Below, one piece after another: positions 51,543 through 60,945 of a stretch of 64,000 nt of DNA. Source of the stretch: an uncultured archaeon (GTDB taxonomy: Archaea; Asgardarchaeota; Thorarchaeia; Thorarchaeales; Thorarchaeaceae); contig CAZSWP010000015.1 of NCBI GenBank assembly GCA_964610875.1, forward strand, positions 1 through 64,000, in the 5' to 3' direction. A program made the position numbers and the translations under genes. Positions within the stretch are counted from its first letter, which is position 1, and every line of letters begins with the position of its first letter. The notes beneath the pieces were generated by a model, which worked only from the letters and a program-made list of their open reading frames with translations, searched no databases and was not told the DNA's origin.

Positions 51543-52532
51543 TCAGATTGTTATATCTACAATACTTGCATCTGTTGCACTTTTTCTTGCTGCTTCAACA
51601 ATCTCGAGTGCTCTTACGCCATCTTTTAATCCAACAACTGGCTCTTTCCCTTTCTCTATTGCCTCTAAGAAATCTTCGTGTACTTCTCTTATTGGCTCAC
51701 CATACACTTTGATAGTAGCACCACGTTCAGGTAATCTGATGATTCTATCACTTGCCGATGGCTCTTGGTCTAAGTCTTTCACTCGAATAATCTGAGCAAA
51801 CAGATCGAGATGGAGTGATCCTTTGGTTCCTGACACATCCATGTATCTCTCCCTACCTGCATAATGTCTTGAAAGATGGAATACGTGTTCAGCACTGGTT
51901 TTGAATTTAACAAGCACTACTGCACTATTGAAGATACCTCCCTCTGAAATACACTGGGCATATAGCTTTGCTGGACCTTTGCTTACTCTGGTCATGATGT
52001 CAAAATCATGAACACCTAAATCTTCAAACACATCTCCAAGAGATGGGATTCGTGATGGTTGAACAAATCCTCTTCTATCATGAATTATTGTTCTTGGTAT
52101 GCCAATGGCCCCATCATGAATCAAATCAATGGCTCTATTCACAATAGGATTGTAAATCTCTGTATGAGAAACTAATGCTATCTTCCCACTCTTTCTAATT
52201 ATTTCAGCAACTCTTTGAGCGTCTTTCAATGTACTAGCAAGTGGTTTTTCTATGAGTATTGCTTTGATTGTGTCATAATTTTTTGCAATATCCTCCGCGA
52301 TAGAAGCATGTGATATTGTTGGTGTGGATATTACTACTGCATCAAGTTTTTCAGTTCTTATCATTTCATCATAATTATCATAAGCTTCTACGCCATGAAC
52401 ACCCGCAATCTGTTTTGCGCGTTCAAAATCAGTGTCTGCAACCGCAGCTAATGTACGAATGCTTCTTAGAACGCGTGCATGAATACGTCCCATATTTCCT
52501 GTACCTATTATTCCAATGCGCGGTGCAGTCAT
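51543..52532 (-). CDS. Gfo/Idh/MocA family oxidoreductase
   Basis: GIIGTGNMG, LIEKP, DLGVHDFD. Confidence 0.92.
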   Translation of the reverse strand: MTAPRIGIIGTGNMGRIHARVLRSIRTLAAVADTDFERAKQIAGVHGVEAYDNYDEMIRTEKLDAVVISTPTISHASIAEDIAKNYDTIKAILIEKPLASTLKDAQRVAEIIRKSGKIALVSHTEIYNPIVNRAIDLIHDGAIGIPRTIIHDRRGFVQPSRIPSLGDVFEDLGVHDFDIMTRVSKGPAKLYAQCISEGGIFNSAVVLVKFKTSAEHVFHLSRHYAGRERYMDVSGTKGSLHLDLFAQIIRVKDLDQEPSASDRIIRLPERGATIKVYGEPIREVHEDFLEAIEKGKEPVVGLKDGVRALEIVEAARKSATDASIVDITI

Positions 52533-52709
52533 AACCAGTTACCTCTTCATCCGCACTCGTTTAGTACCATCCTAAATAGATTGTGTTACTTGAGCAATTA
52601 TTGCCAATGAGTTTCAACAATCCTTTTTGCCATTTTTTGACACTCTTCCCGCAAAATATAGAGGATTCTATCATTACGACCTTATATGAATGAGAGCATA
52701 CTCATTATT

Positions 52710-52859
52710 GAAACCTCAAGAGATGGATTGGGCGTGTGTCGCCCTCCAACCGAGCAACCTTGTTTGGCACGAATTTGCCACACATCCTCCCGTGGGGTTC
52801 GCCCATACTGCCTGCCTCCCTCCTATTGGGCGGGCCCCCTCAATTAAGTCAGCTTTTTT
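52710..52859 (+). ncRNA. Candidate structured small RNA
   Basis: GC-rich island with three hairpins, TATA-like TTATATG at 52682 and T6 tract at 52854-52859. Confidence 0.5.
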
Positions 52860-52924
52860 GCCAATGATCTATGAGGTAAAGTCTATATCTTTTCACGTAG
52901 AAACTTACTCAAGGGGAGAAACTG

Positions 52925-53164
52925 ATGTTATTGGTATTTTTCATTGGTGCTGTGACATTTGCTGTAATTCTCATCTATATAGGTCCGAGGTTGTCAAAGA
53001 ATCGTGGCTACTCTCCTTCTGGAATCGATCGAGAAGTCGACTCAATTGACTACTCTTCAATTAGGCCTAAGGATGACCGTGGTACAAAAGATGGAAGGTA
53101 TGAGTCACAAGTCAGAAGAATGAGTAGACTCTCTAGGGAAAATGATAATGAGCTAGCTCCATAA
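52925..53164 (+). CDS. Small single-TM hypothetical protein
   Basis: GGGGAG SD, N-terminal hydrophobic helix, charged tail. Confidence 0.6.
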   Translation: MLLVFFIGAVTFAVILIYIGPRLSKNRGYSPSGIDREVDSIDYSSIRPKDDRGTKDGRYESQVRRMSRLSRENDNELAP

Positions 53165-53192
53165 CCAACTGATGAATTAAGTATGTTTTTGA

Positions 53193-53498
53193 TTGGTGAT
53201 TCTTTTGGTCGCAAAAGACATCCTGCAAAAAGTCAGTTATTATTTTGGAAGTGAGAATCTTCAAATTATCAAATCCAAAATAGAGGAGTTTACAGGTGAG
53301 TTTGGACGTGTTTATCGTGATAAGCCAAGTAATAGAATAATTCGATGTATCATTCATTTGGCTTCAGGAGATGTCAACAAGATGGAACAGCTGTTTCAGG
53401 TTGCATTGAAAGATTGGCGTGACGTGATTTTGTGGGCTGAATATGATGAACACGGTAACAGAGTGTTTTATGGTCATCAACGGTTCACATTCAAATGA
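53193..53498 (+). CDS. Hypothetical protein
   Basis: Helical ORF with RCIIHLASGD...DWRDVILWAEYD; start uncertain. Confidence 0.65.
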   Translation: MVILLVAKDILQKVSYYFGSENLQIIKSKIEEFTGEFGRVYRDKPSNRIIRCIIHLASGDVNKMEQLFQVALKDWRDVILWAEYDEHGNRVFYGHQRFTFK

Positions 53499-53511
53499 AT
53501 GAAAGATTAAT

Positions 53512-53940
53512 CTAATCAGATAAAAGAAGGGCACGAAATCTAATCCAATAGTACAAGTCCAGTACGAATAGGAAAGCTCCTTGGATTATCACACCAATAC
53601 CATTGCCTGCGACAAATGGATTCTGCCAAAAGAAGACTAGCAGCAGAATCCCAATTATTTGATAAACAATGTCCAAACCTGTATTAATGCGGAGAATATT
53701 AGCTAGTTTTTCAATTGGCTGCTCGTTATTTTTTCGTAGTGTGAATACTGCAATTACTAAATCAATAACTCCCCACAACATTGCCTGTAATCCAATACCT
53801 TGAATCAAGGGGATTGAGGTAAAATATAACATAATCCCAACGACCGAACTAGAAATACTCCAGAGTAGTAATCTCTTTCCAAGCCCTTGTGCCAACTTTG
53901 TTTTTGTTTCCACAATACTCACCTGCCATTCACCCCGCAA
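53512..53940 (-). CDS. Four-TM membrane protein (DUF6992-like)
   Basis: WGVID, NTGLDIVY, G.G.GVIIQGAFLFVLD. Confidence 0.7.
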   Translation of the reverse strand: MRGEWQVSIVETKTKLAQGLGKRLLLWSISSSVVGIMLYFTSIPLIQGIGLQAMLWGVIDLVIAVFTLRKNNEQPIEKLANILRINTGLDIVYQIIGILLLVFFWQNPFVAGNGIGVIIQGAFLFVLDLYYWIRFRALLLSD

Positions 53941-53999
53941 AACAATATCGAAAATTGCTCATAAAACAGATGATATGTCTTTTTTTTGTGATAATTGAT

Positions 54000-54551
54000 T
54001 TAATCCAGTGGAATATACTCCTCAAATATTTGTGGCAATCTGATCTTCAGGAATTGAAGGGCATGCAGGAACCTAGCTGCTTTTTCAGCTGTGTATTGCT
54101 CAATTCTCTGGTACTGTTTTTGCATATACCACTCAGGTACCTCAGTGTTTGGCAGGTCTTTATGAACCAACCAATCCAGAGTTGCTCCTTTGAACGTTCC
54201 TTTGTTCATCATGATTAGAATGCTCTTGATATCGACACGGGGTAGCCGGTAGTGAAGCCACTCGTCGCTAAGATCATACTTCAACACTTTTCTCATTCGT
54301 GATTGTAAGAAAAATAGTTCAAACCGTAGATTATATCCTACTGGCACAAAGTCCCATACATCATCTGGATTGAGTACATCAAGGAATTCTTTGAGAATCT
54401 CTCTCTCTGATGATTCCCACTCCTTTAGCATAGTGAGTGATCCCATTGGTTTACCAGTTTTTGAGTTCAATCTTCGATATTGTATTGTGATGATTTTGTC
54501 TTTGTTAGGATCAAATCCAAATGTTTCAAAATCTAGATAGAAGTCTGTCAT
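54000..54551 (-). CDS. RNase H-fold DEDD 3'-5' exonuclease-like protein
   Basis: YLDFET (ExoI), VGYNLRFE (ExoII); ExoIII degenerate. Confidence 0.72.
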   Translation of the reverse strand: MTDFYLDFETFGFDPNKDKIITIQYRRLNSKTGKPMGSLTMLKEWESSEREILKEFLDVLNPDDVWDFVPVGYNLRFELFFLQSRMRKVLKYDLSDEWLHYRLPRVDIKSILIMMNKGTFKGATLDWLVHKDLPNTEVPEWYMQKQYQRIEQYTAEKAARFLHALQFLKIRLPQIFEEYIPLD

Positions 54552-54614
54552 CTCTCTCCCTAGTAGAAAGCGTATGACGAAATCCATGATTAGTTCTTTG
54601 GTGATGAATAGAAA

Positions 54615-54702
54615 TGGTGCGGAGGGCGAGATTTGAACTCGCGAATCACTACTGAACTAGGCCCTCAACCTAGCGCCTTTGGCCAGGCTTGGCAACCTCC
54701 GC
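54615..54702 (-). tRNA. tRNA-Leu(GAG)
   Basis: GCGGAGG...CTAGG-TTGAGGG-CCTAG, long variable arm, GTTCAAATC, encoded CCA. Confidence 0.96.
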
Positions 54703-54798
54703 ATATGGGGGCAAAATGAGTGCCTTGATGTTACGCCATCCCGAGTCGCTTTTTACCTTTTCGGGAGTGACATAATATGCGTTTGCTGGACAAGAGCA

Positions 54799-55885
54799 TT
54801 TGCTGGACAAGAGGCATTTTCAGAGCCTGAAACTCGCGTCTTCAGGGATTTTTCACTCGAACATAGTTTCGCTATGGCATATTCCTTACACACTGGTATC
54901 AATGCAACAATTGTTGTGACTGGGTTCGATGGAAATTGGAATGAAGGACAGTTATAATCTCAGATGTGGAGTGACTATGAGGATATCCTTCCTCCAAACT
55001 TCACCTATTACCTTGATTATCCAAATCTTGTGGACAACATAAGAAGACCTGCAATACTGTCTGGTGGTTGGGACGAATGGTTGTATCACGAGCGTGACTG
55101 CATCGCACCAATCACTTTCGAGATTTTCACCAATGCGACTGCTGAAGCTCCTGACTTCTATTTTGATTATGAGGAGAATTCAACTCATTTAATCAAACAA
55201 TGGAATGGCATCTATGAATACTTCAGTCCAACAGTGGAGTATATTGACAATCTTTGGCTAGAACTAATACTATCCTTTGAGTATCTTCTTGATCAGACTC
55301 CCCGTCTGAGTGTAGGTCCTCAAGCTACTGCGTTTGAAGAATCACAAGTCACAGCTGTGCTTTCCACAACGGATAGGAGTCCTCGAATTGAAACAATAGA
55401 TGGTATTGAAATTAGACTGACTGATGGAACAAATCTCGATGTTGTGGATAAACTGCTTGCAAGCGCTTCTCGTCAAGACACGGTTACTCTCGATTTATCA
55501 TCAACAAGTGATGAGGTATCAGTTGAAGTTGATAATAACTTTACAGGATACTCTAGATTCATTATCACCTTCGAAGAAGAGCCATTGGTTGATCCCGTCT
55601 TAGTCGTAACCGTTCATTGTAACTTGTACAAACTTGGACACCAGAGTGATGTACCTCCATAAACGGTAATGGATCGTACTCTGTGAGGTTATTCTATGTG
55701 TCTGGTCAACCTCACAATACTATGATTATCTTTTGCTATACAAAGACCTACAGATGTACATTCTTTATTCAATCATTCACTAAAGAAATGTCCAACTTTG
55801 ACCAGATCTCTTGTAACTGTTGGCAACCCTTTCAATAGCAGTGATTGCAATTGTGGTAGTCTGTATAATCAGAAAACAACAATAA
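54799..55885 (+). pseudogene. M14 zinc carboxypeptidase, membrane-anchored, pseudogene
   Basis: AGQEAFSEPETRVFRDF...SLHTG, GGWDEW, TFEI; N-terminus missing, in-frame TAA at 54955-54957, TM anchor split by an insertion. Confidence 0.78.
55615..55812. mobile_element. MITE-like insertion
   Basis: Flanked by GTAACCGTT/GTAACTGTT (55606-55614, 55813-55821); subterminal IR CAAACTTGGACA (55629-55640) / TGTCCAACTTTG (55789-55800). Confidence 0.55.
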
Positions 55886-55898
55886 TTGATTAATGAAC

Positions 55899-55936
55899 TC
55901 TGCAGTAGAGATACTACTGCAGACTCACATTTTTTT
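55899..55936 (+). terminator. Hairpin plus T-tract
   Basis: TCTGCAGTAG-AGATA-CTACTGCAGA followed by T7. Confidence 0.55.
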
Positions 55937-56010
55937 GGTAGTGATTCTAAGAATTAGCTGGAGAATCAGAGGGGATTTGCCCCGTGATTCTATTTAATTT
56001 TATAGATGCT

Positions 56011-56100
56011 CTATCTGGTAGCAGCCGCAAACCACTCAAAAGGAGGACGCTGCTGTTCTTTTTTCTTATCCTTTTTCGAACTGTTTTCTTTATTTGACAT
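56011..56100 (-). CDS. Candidate 29-aa microprotein MSNKENSSKKDKKKEQQRPPFEWFAAATR
   Basis: GAGGTGA SD 5 nt before ATG; below the ORF-track size cutoff. Confidence 0.55.
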   Translation of the reverse strand: MSNKENSSKKDKKKEQQRPPFEWFAAATR

Positions 56101-56185
56101 ATAATTCACCTCTTACCACAATAACTCTGTGTATTTTCATTGATAATGTTGATGCTATCTGCACAAGTATTGGAGCGAGTAAAAG

Positions 56186-56261
56186 TGGAGCCCCGGGCGG
56201 GATTTGAACCCGCGACTTTCTGCTTACGAGGCAGACGCTATAGCCCCTAAGCCACCGAGGC
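56186..56261 (-). tRNA. tRNA-Thr(CGT)
   Basis: GCCTCGG...TCTGC-CTCGTAA-GCAGA, GGTTCAAATCC, encoded CCA. Confidence 0.96.
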
Positions 56262-56376
56262 ATGATTTCGCATCTCCCTTTGATTTTCTAATAAAGATAT
56301 ACCTGAACCGCATCATGAAGTCAGTGACAAAGACTTATCTCAATGATGATAAGTCTATCAATCTCGAGGCTGGAAG

Positions 56377-57378
56377 ATGAAGACCGGTGAGCTAGGTGAA
56401 CGCGCCTTTCTAAAAAAAATCGCTCATTATGTCGGTCGATTGCCAGGGGCTAAGTTACTCTTTGATGAAGACGCATCAGATATTCCTCTCAGTGATGGTA
56501 ATCATCTCATAGTCAATGTAGATACCTTTGTTCAGGGTACTGATTGGTTACCCGGTATGACTGCAGCTCAAGCTGGTAGAAAGACCGCGGTCATGACATT
56601 GAGTGATATTATTGCAAAAGGTGCATCTCCTAGTGTATCAATGATGTCTCTATCGGTTCCGAAGAATTTTGATTCCCAAGAAGCTTCAGAGATTATTCGG
56701 GGCTTCTCTCAATATTGCTTGAAGAACGGAGTTCGTTATCTTGGCGGAGACCTCGGTTCTACATGTGAGGTTGTTATCACTGGAATTGGATTTGGAGTCA
56801 TTGACCCAAATAAAATAGTAACACGTTCGGGGGCGAGAAACGGAGACATCATTGCTATAACTAACAAATTTGGCCTCACCTCAACTGCTTTTGAAATTCT
56901 TCTCAATGATAGAGAGGCAAAAGACTCTCTCAAAAAACGTGCACTGCAAGCCGCGTACAAACCTGAGATCCATTTCGATTTCATTTCCAATCTGGTTGAA
57001 GAGGGGGCTATCACAGCTTCTATGGACAGTAGTGATGGTCTTGGTATCACCCTTCATACCATGGCGAATCTTAGCAAAGTTGGATTTGTTATTGAAGACA
57101 TACCTGCATCTCCAGATGTGATTTTCTTTTCACGAAACAACTATCTTGATGAAAAGAAGATGGTCTTTGGTGGTGGCGAGGAATTTATTCTTGTAATAAC
57201 CATTCCTGAGGATAAATTTGATGTGGCCACAGAGGTTGCAAGAGAGAGTAAAATACCACTCTGGTCAATAGGATATGTAACAGAAGGTGAAGGTGTTATG
57301 CTCGAAACCTCTGAGGGGTATCTCAAGCTTCCACCGTATGGCTATGACAGTTTCTTGGAGTGGGATGATTCTGGATAG
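56377..57378 (+). CDS. thiL: Thiamine-monophosphate kinase
   Basis: LGERAF, EDA, NVDTFV, SDIIAKG, GGD, DSSDGL, GGEEF. Confidence 0.93.
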   Translation: MKTGELGERAFLKKIAHYVGRLPGAKLLFDEDASDIPLSDGNHLIVNVDTFVQGTDWLPGMTAAQAGRKTAVMTLSDIIAKGASPSVSMMSLSVPKNFDSQEASEIIRGFSQYCLKNGVRYLGGDLGSTCEVVITGIGFGVIDPNKIVTRSGARNGDIIAITNKFGLTSTAFEILLNDREAKDSLKKRALQAAYKPEIHFDFISNLVEEGAITASMDSSDGLGITLHTMANLSKVGFVIEDIPASPDVIFFSRNNYLDEKKMVFGGGEEFILVITIPEDKFDVATEVARESKIPLWSIGYVTEGEGVMLETSEGYLKLPPYGYDSFLEWDDSG

Positions 57379-59086
57379 AATAGTTATTGTTGATGGATAT
57401 GTAGATGAACCAACCTGTTTGGGTGTCCCTCCCTATGTCAGTATATATCCTCGTTATATTGCAGGTGCAATATGGACTCAATCTCCCTCTACAGAAATCA
57501 CCTATCAGACTATTGATCAAATACGACTATCCAGAGGGAATCATGTACCCCTCTGGCAAAGTGTTGACCTGATTATCTTGATTGCAGGAATGATAGTTCC
57601 TGGCAAATATCTTGGTGGAACCCCTATCTCAGTAAAAGAGGCTAAGCGATTCTTTTCAGACCCTCGTCTATCTGATACCACAAAAGTACTAGCTGGACCT
57701 TGGGCGAGCTTTGGTTGTGCCACGGAGGGTGGACAGATTGCATTAGGTTCAGAGGTACTATCTCCTCCTTTTCACTACATCATCACGGGAGATGCCGATC
57801 TTATTCTCTCAGAGATGCTAGAAAAACAAACACCAATGGATCATTTGGATCTAACTAAAAAATGGGAATCCTTTGAGAAGCTGGAGGAGTTCATAATCAA
57901 AGGATCAGGAATTGTGAAACTTCATCCTAGTTATAGTCGCCGACATTTGATATGCGAGATTGAAACTTATCGTGGTTGCCCACGGTATCTCACTGGTGGG
58001 TGTTCATTCTGTGTAGAACCATTACATGGAGTGCCTCGACAACGAACACCTGAATCTATTGCTCGTGAAGTTGGTGCTCTTAAATCTCATGGAATCCGGG
58101 CTTTTCGACTAGGGCGACAAGCTGACCTTTTTGTTTTAGGTTCCAAAGAGATTGGCGAAGAAGAATTTCCTAAACCTGAACCAACAATCATTAAGAAACT
58201 GTTCTCATCGATTAGACACATAGCTCCTGGTATTGATGTTCTTCATATTGACAATGTAAATCCAGGGACATTGTTTCATCATCCTGAAGAGTCCCGTGAC
58301 GTTGCTAAGATTATCATGAAGTATCATACTACTGGTGATGTTGCTGCTTTTGGTGTGGAGTCTTTTGACCCAGAAGTCGTTAAACGAAATAATCTCAAAG
58401 CTGATGCCGAGGAGATACTAGCTGCGGTGCGACTTCTCAATGAAGTGGGTGCTATCCGTGATAAGGATGGCATGCCACATTTACTCCCAGGATTGAACCT
58501 CCTCTATGGGCTCCCTGGAGAAAGCAAGAAGACACTGGATATCAATATGCATTATCTTCAATTGATACTTAACGAGGGACTCCTGTTACGTAGAATCAAC
58601 ATCAGACAAGTCATTGGATTCAAAGAAACAAGAGTGGTGGAATCGAAGTCTAAGAAGATCAAAAGGAACATGTTTTTCAGACATAAAGAAGCGATACGCA
58701 ATACAATTGATGTTGAGATGATGAAGCGTGTTGTACCAGCAGGCACTGTAATCCGACAGGCTTTTCTAGAGGGTTCAGATGGGGGTCGCTATCTGCTACG
58801 TCCCTTGGGAACATATCCACTTCTGTGTTATATGCCATCAGGAAAATCAATCAATGAAATTATGAACGTGATGGTAGTGAGTCATGGACCTCGCTCAATC
58901 AGCGTACTTCCATATCCGTTCAATCCCAAAGATGCGTCGATTGCACAATGGAAGAGTATTCCCGGTCTCGGGGCAAAACGAGCTGCGCGACTAATGAGCG
59001 AACCCCTCTCATCTTTAGAAGATATTCAGAACGTGTTAGATACATCCCTTCCTGATTGGTTAGTAAAAGCTATAGAGATAGAATAA
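57365..59086 (+). CDS. Archaeal radical SAM protein with C-terminal HhH
   Basis: VDGYVDEP..LGVPPY, ETYRGCPRYLTGGCSFCVEP, LHIDNVNP, RRINIRQV, IPGLGAKRA. Confidence 0.88.
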   Translation: MILDRIVIVDGYVDEPTCLGVPPYVSIYPRYIAGAIWTQSPSTEITYQTIDQIRLSRGNHVPLWQSVDLIILIAGMIVPGKYLGGTPISVKEAKRFFSDPRLSDTTKVLAGPWASFGCATEGGQIALGSEVLSPPFHYIITGDADLILSEMLEKQTPMDHLDLTKKWESFEKLEEFIIKGSGIVKLHPSYSRRHLICEIETYRGCPRYLTGGCSFCVEPLHGVPRQRTPESIAREVGALKSHGIRAFRLGRQADLFVLGSKEIGEEEFPKPEPTIIKKLFSSIRHIAPGIDVLHIDNVNPGTLFHHPEESRDVAKIIMKYHTTGDVAAFGVESFDPEVVKRNNLKADAEEILAAVRLLNEVGAIRDKDGMPHLLPGLNLLYGLPGESKKTLDINMHYLQLILNEGLLLRRINIRQVIGFKETRVVESKSKKIKRNMFFRHKEAIRNTIDVEMMKRVVPAGTVIRQAFLEGSDGGRYLLRPLGTYPLLCYMPSGKSINEIMNVMVVSHGPRSISVLPYPFNPKDASIAQWKSIPGLGAKRAARLMSEPLSSLEDIQNVLDTSLPDWLVKAIEIE

Positions 59087-59194
59087 TGGTGGGCCCGGCG
59101 TGATTCGAACACGCGGTCTCTAACTTAGAAGGCTAGCGCCCTATTTGTCCTAAAGAGAAGAATTCTCTCCACGTCCAGACTAGGCAACGGGCCC
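59087..59194 (-). tRNA. tRNA-Arg(TCT) with 30-nt D-loop intron
   Basis: GGGCCCG acceptor, CTAGC-CTTCTAA-GTTAG, GTTCGAATC, CCA; hairpin intron ~59144-59173. Confidence 0.93.
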
Positions 59195-59355
59195 ATCAGT
59201 GTATTCTTGCTCGATATTTTGTAGACATAAAGGTTTCCGCATAGTAGTTCTAGATGAAGAGAAGAAGTGCTCGGGGAGCCAGTCCTTCCCCGAGCTGGAT
59301 GCAAGTGTGTGTGAGACCCACGCATCCATTTGAATGTGTATCCCAAGGCCCTGTT

Positions 59356-59616
59356 CTAAGACGCTATGAATGAAGGTGGATAAAGGACAAAATACTGCAC
59401 GACAATTGATAGGATTATTCCGCTAGCTACTAACCCTTTCCCTCGTTTAGTATTAACATCAGTGAACCAGAGTATAGCCCCTACAAGAACAATGATTACC
59501 CCTGAAACAGTCCCAATGAAAATCAAGAAATCCCAGATCTCTATGAAATAGGCAGAAATCAGTGTAACGAAGTCTGAAAGCGGGCTTAGAACATTGAGCG
59601 GCACTGTAATCCACAC
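59356..59616 (-). CDS. Small two-TM protein, TrbC/VirB2/CedA1 pilin-like pattern
   Basis: SGVIIVLVGAILWFT...KRGKGLVASGIIL. Confidence 0.65.
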   Translation of the reverse strand: MWITVPLNVLSPLSDFVTLISAYFIEIWDFLIFIGTVSGVIIVLVGAILWFTDVNTKRGKGLVASGIILSIVVQYFVLYPPSFIAS

Positions 59617-59679
59617 CTACTCTTTCTCTCTTATTGTACAATTTAAACACATCAAAGATGAATTGAACAGGTGCCAGTA

Positions 59680-60462
59680 CTATCTGCCCTGCAGTCCCTC
59701 GCAGAATGAAAGTACATTCTTTCCAAGGTCTTCAAAATTGTATCCGCCTTCAAGAATTCCAAACCTACGTCCGTCACATTTTGCTTGAGCAAATTCGAGC
59801 ATCATATTACCAATCTCATTGAATCCTTTTGTGGAAACATTTCCTCCCCAGTCGTGGATGTATTGATCAAAGCCTGCTGATGCACCAATGATATCCACAT
59901 CGGGACTCCTGTCCAGTGCGCTCTTCACATCCTCGAGATAATCCTCATCGTTTCCTCCCTGAGGATTGTAGATAGTAAAGTGCTTATCATCGCCAAGAAT
60001 ATTTAGGGTTCCATCACCAACATGTAGGTCAAAGTCTAGTACGAATGCAGATTGAATAATCCCTCTTGCCCGAAGATTAAGTAATGCTAATGCCATATTA
60101 GAGAAATAACAGAATCCCCAATAGCTATCTCTTGATGCGTGATGTCCAGGAGGACGTAATAATCCAAAAGCAGGATCACCACTACATGCTATCTCTGCAG
60201 TCTGTATTGCTCCTCCTGCAGCTAATAATGCCAACTCATACAAAAGTGGTCGCCCATACGACTCACTCTCCTTTTTGACCCGTTCATATACTCTCCTAGT
60301 GTGTGCCCGAAGGATATCCTCTTCCGAGGCAGGCGTAGGTTTAATGAACTCATAGTCGCTATGTTTTTCTAGGATTGCAACAGCTGAGTCTATTCTACTA
60401 GGTGCTCCTGCAGGAGTGCGATCATAGCTTTCCATCATTTTCGGATGATATACAATTTTCAC
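59680..60462 (-). CDS. Histone deacetylase family protein
   Basis: RPPGHHA, GFCYF, DFDLHVGDGT, SAGFD, LEGGY. Confidence 0.93.
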   Translation of the reverse strand: MKIVYHPKMMESYDRTPAGAPSRIDSAVAILEKHSDYEFIKPTPASEEDILRAHTRRVYERVKKESESYGRPLLYELALLAAGGAIQTAEIACSGDPAFGLLRPPGHHASRDSYWGFCYFSNMALALLNLRARGIIQSAFVLDFDLHVGDGTLNILGDDKHFTIYNPQGGNDEDYLEDVKSALDRSPDVDIIGASAGFDQYIHDWGGNVSTKGFNEIGNMMLEFAQAKCDGRRFGILEGGYNFEDLGKNVLSFCEGLQGR

Positions 60463-60558
60463 AATATATCCATTATACGAACTAGGATATGATTCTGTGG
60501 GTTTTTAATAGAGTATTCTCTCAGCTCTCATGAAATAAAGAATAAAAAGTAATGTCTA

Positions 60559-60590
60559 CGGGTTGATGGGATAAGTTCCCATCAAACCCG
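60559..60590 (-). terminator. Stem-loop downstream of the r-protein operon
   Basis: CGGGTTGATGGGA-TAAGT-TCCCATCAAACCCG; T-tract follows on the minus strand. Confidence 0.55.
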
Positions 60591-60619
60591 CATATTCTTC
60601 AGATTGTAGACTTGAAGAT

Positions 60620-60925
60620 TTAACCAAAGAGACTACCGAGTCCTTCTGTTGCCTCTTCTTCCTCTTCCTCTTCTTCTTCTTCCTTCTTTTCCTCTGCTGC
60701 TTCAGCCCCTGCTGCTCCACTTGCTGCGGGAGCGGCGGCGACTGGCATTGCAGCAGCGCTTGTTAGGGCCTCATCAATATCTACACCATCAAGAGCAGCG
60801 AGTAGAGCTTTAATTCTACCTTTCTCGGCTTTTACACCTGCTGCGGTGAGTACTGCTTCCATGTTCTTATCACTTAGGTCCTGACCTGCTTTGTGGAGCA
60901 GAAGTGCTGCGTATACGTATTCCAT
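60620..60925 (-). CDS. rpl12: Ribosomal stalk protein P1/L12
   Basis: [11 protein letters not shown]...acidic tail GLGSLFG. Confidence 0.97.
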   Translation of the reverse strand: MEYVYAALLLHKAGQDLSDKNMEAVLTAAGVKAEKGRIKALLAALDGVDIDEALTSAAAMPVAAAPAASGAAGAEAAEEKKEEEEEEEEEEATEGLGSLFG

Positions 60926-60945
60926 TATGTTTACCTCACTATTAC

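Noticed and set aside
52690-53049. 119-aa ORF over the GC-rich island
   Set aside because: No protein-like features; better explained by structured RNA plus the 52925 gene
59125-59346. 73-aa ORF
   Set aside because: Overlaps tRNA-Arg and a structured non-coding region
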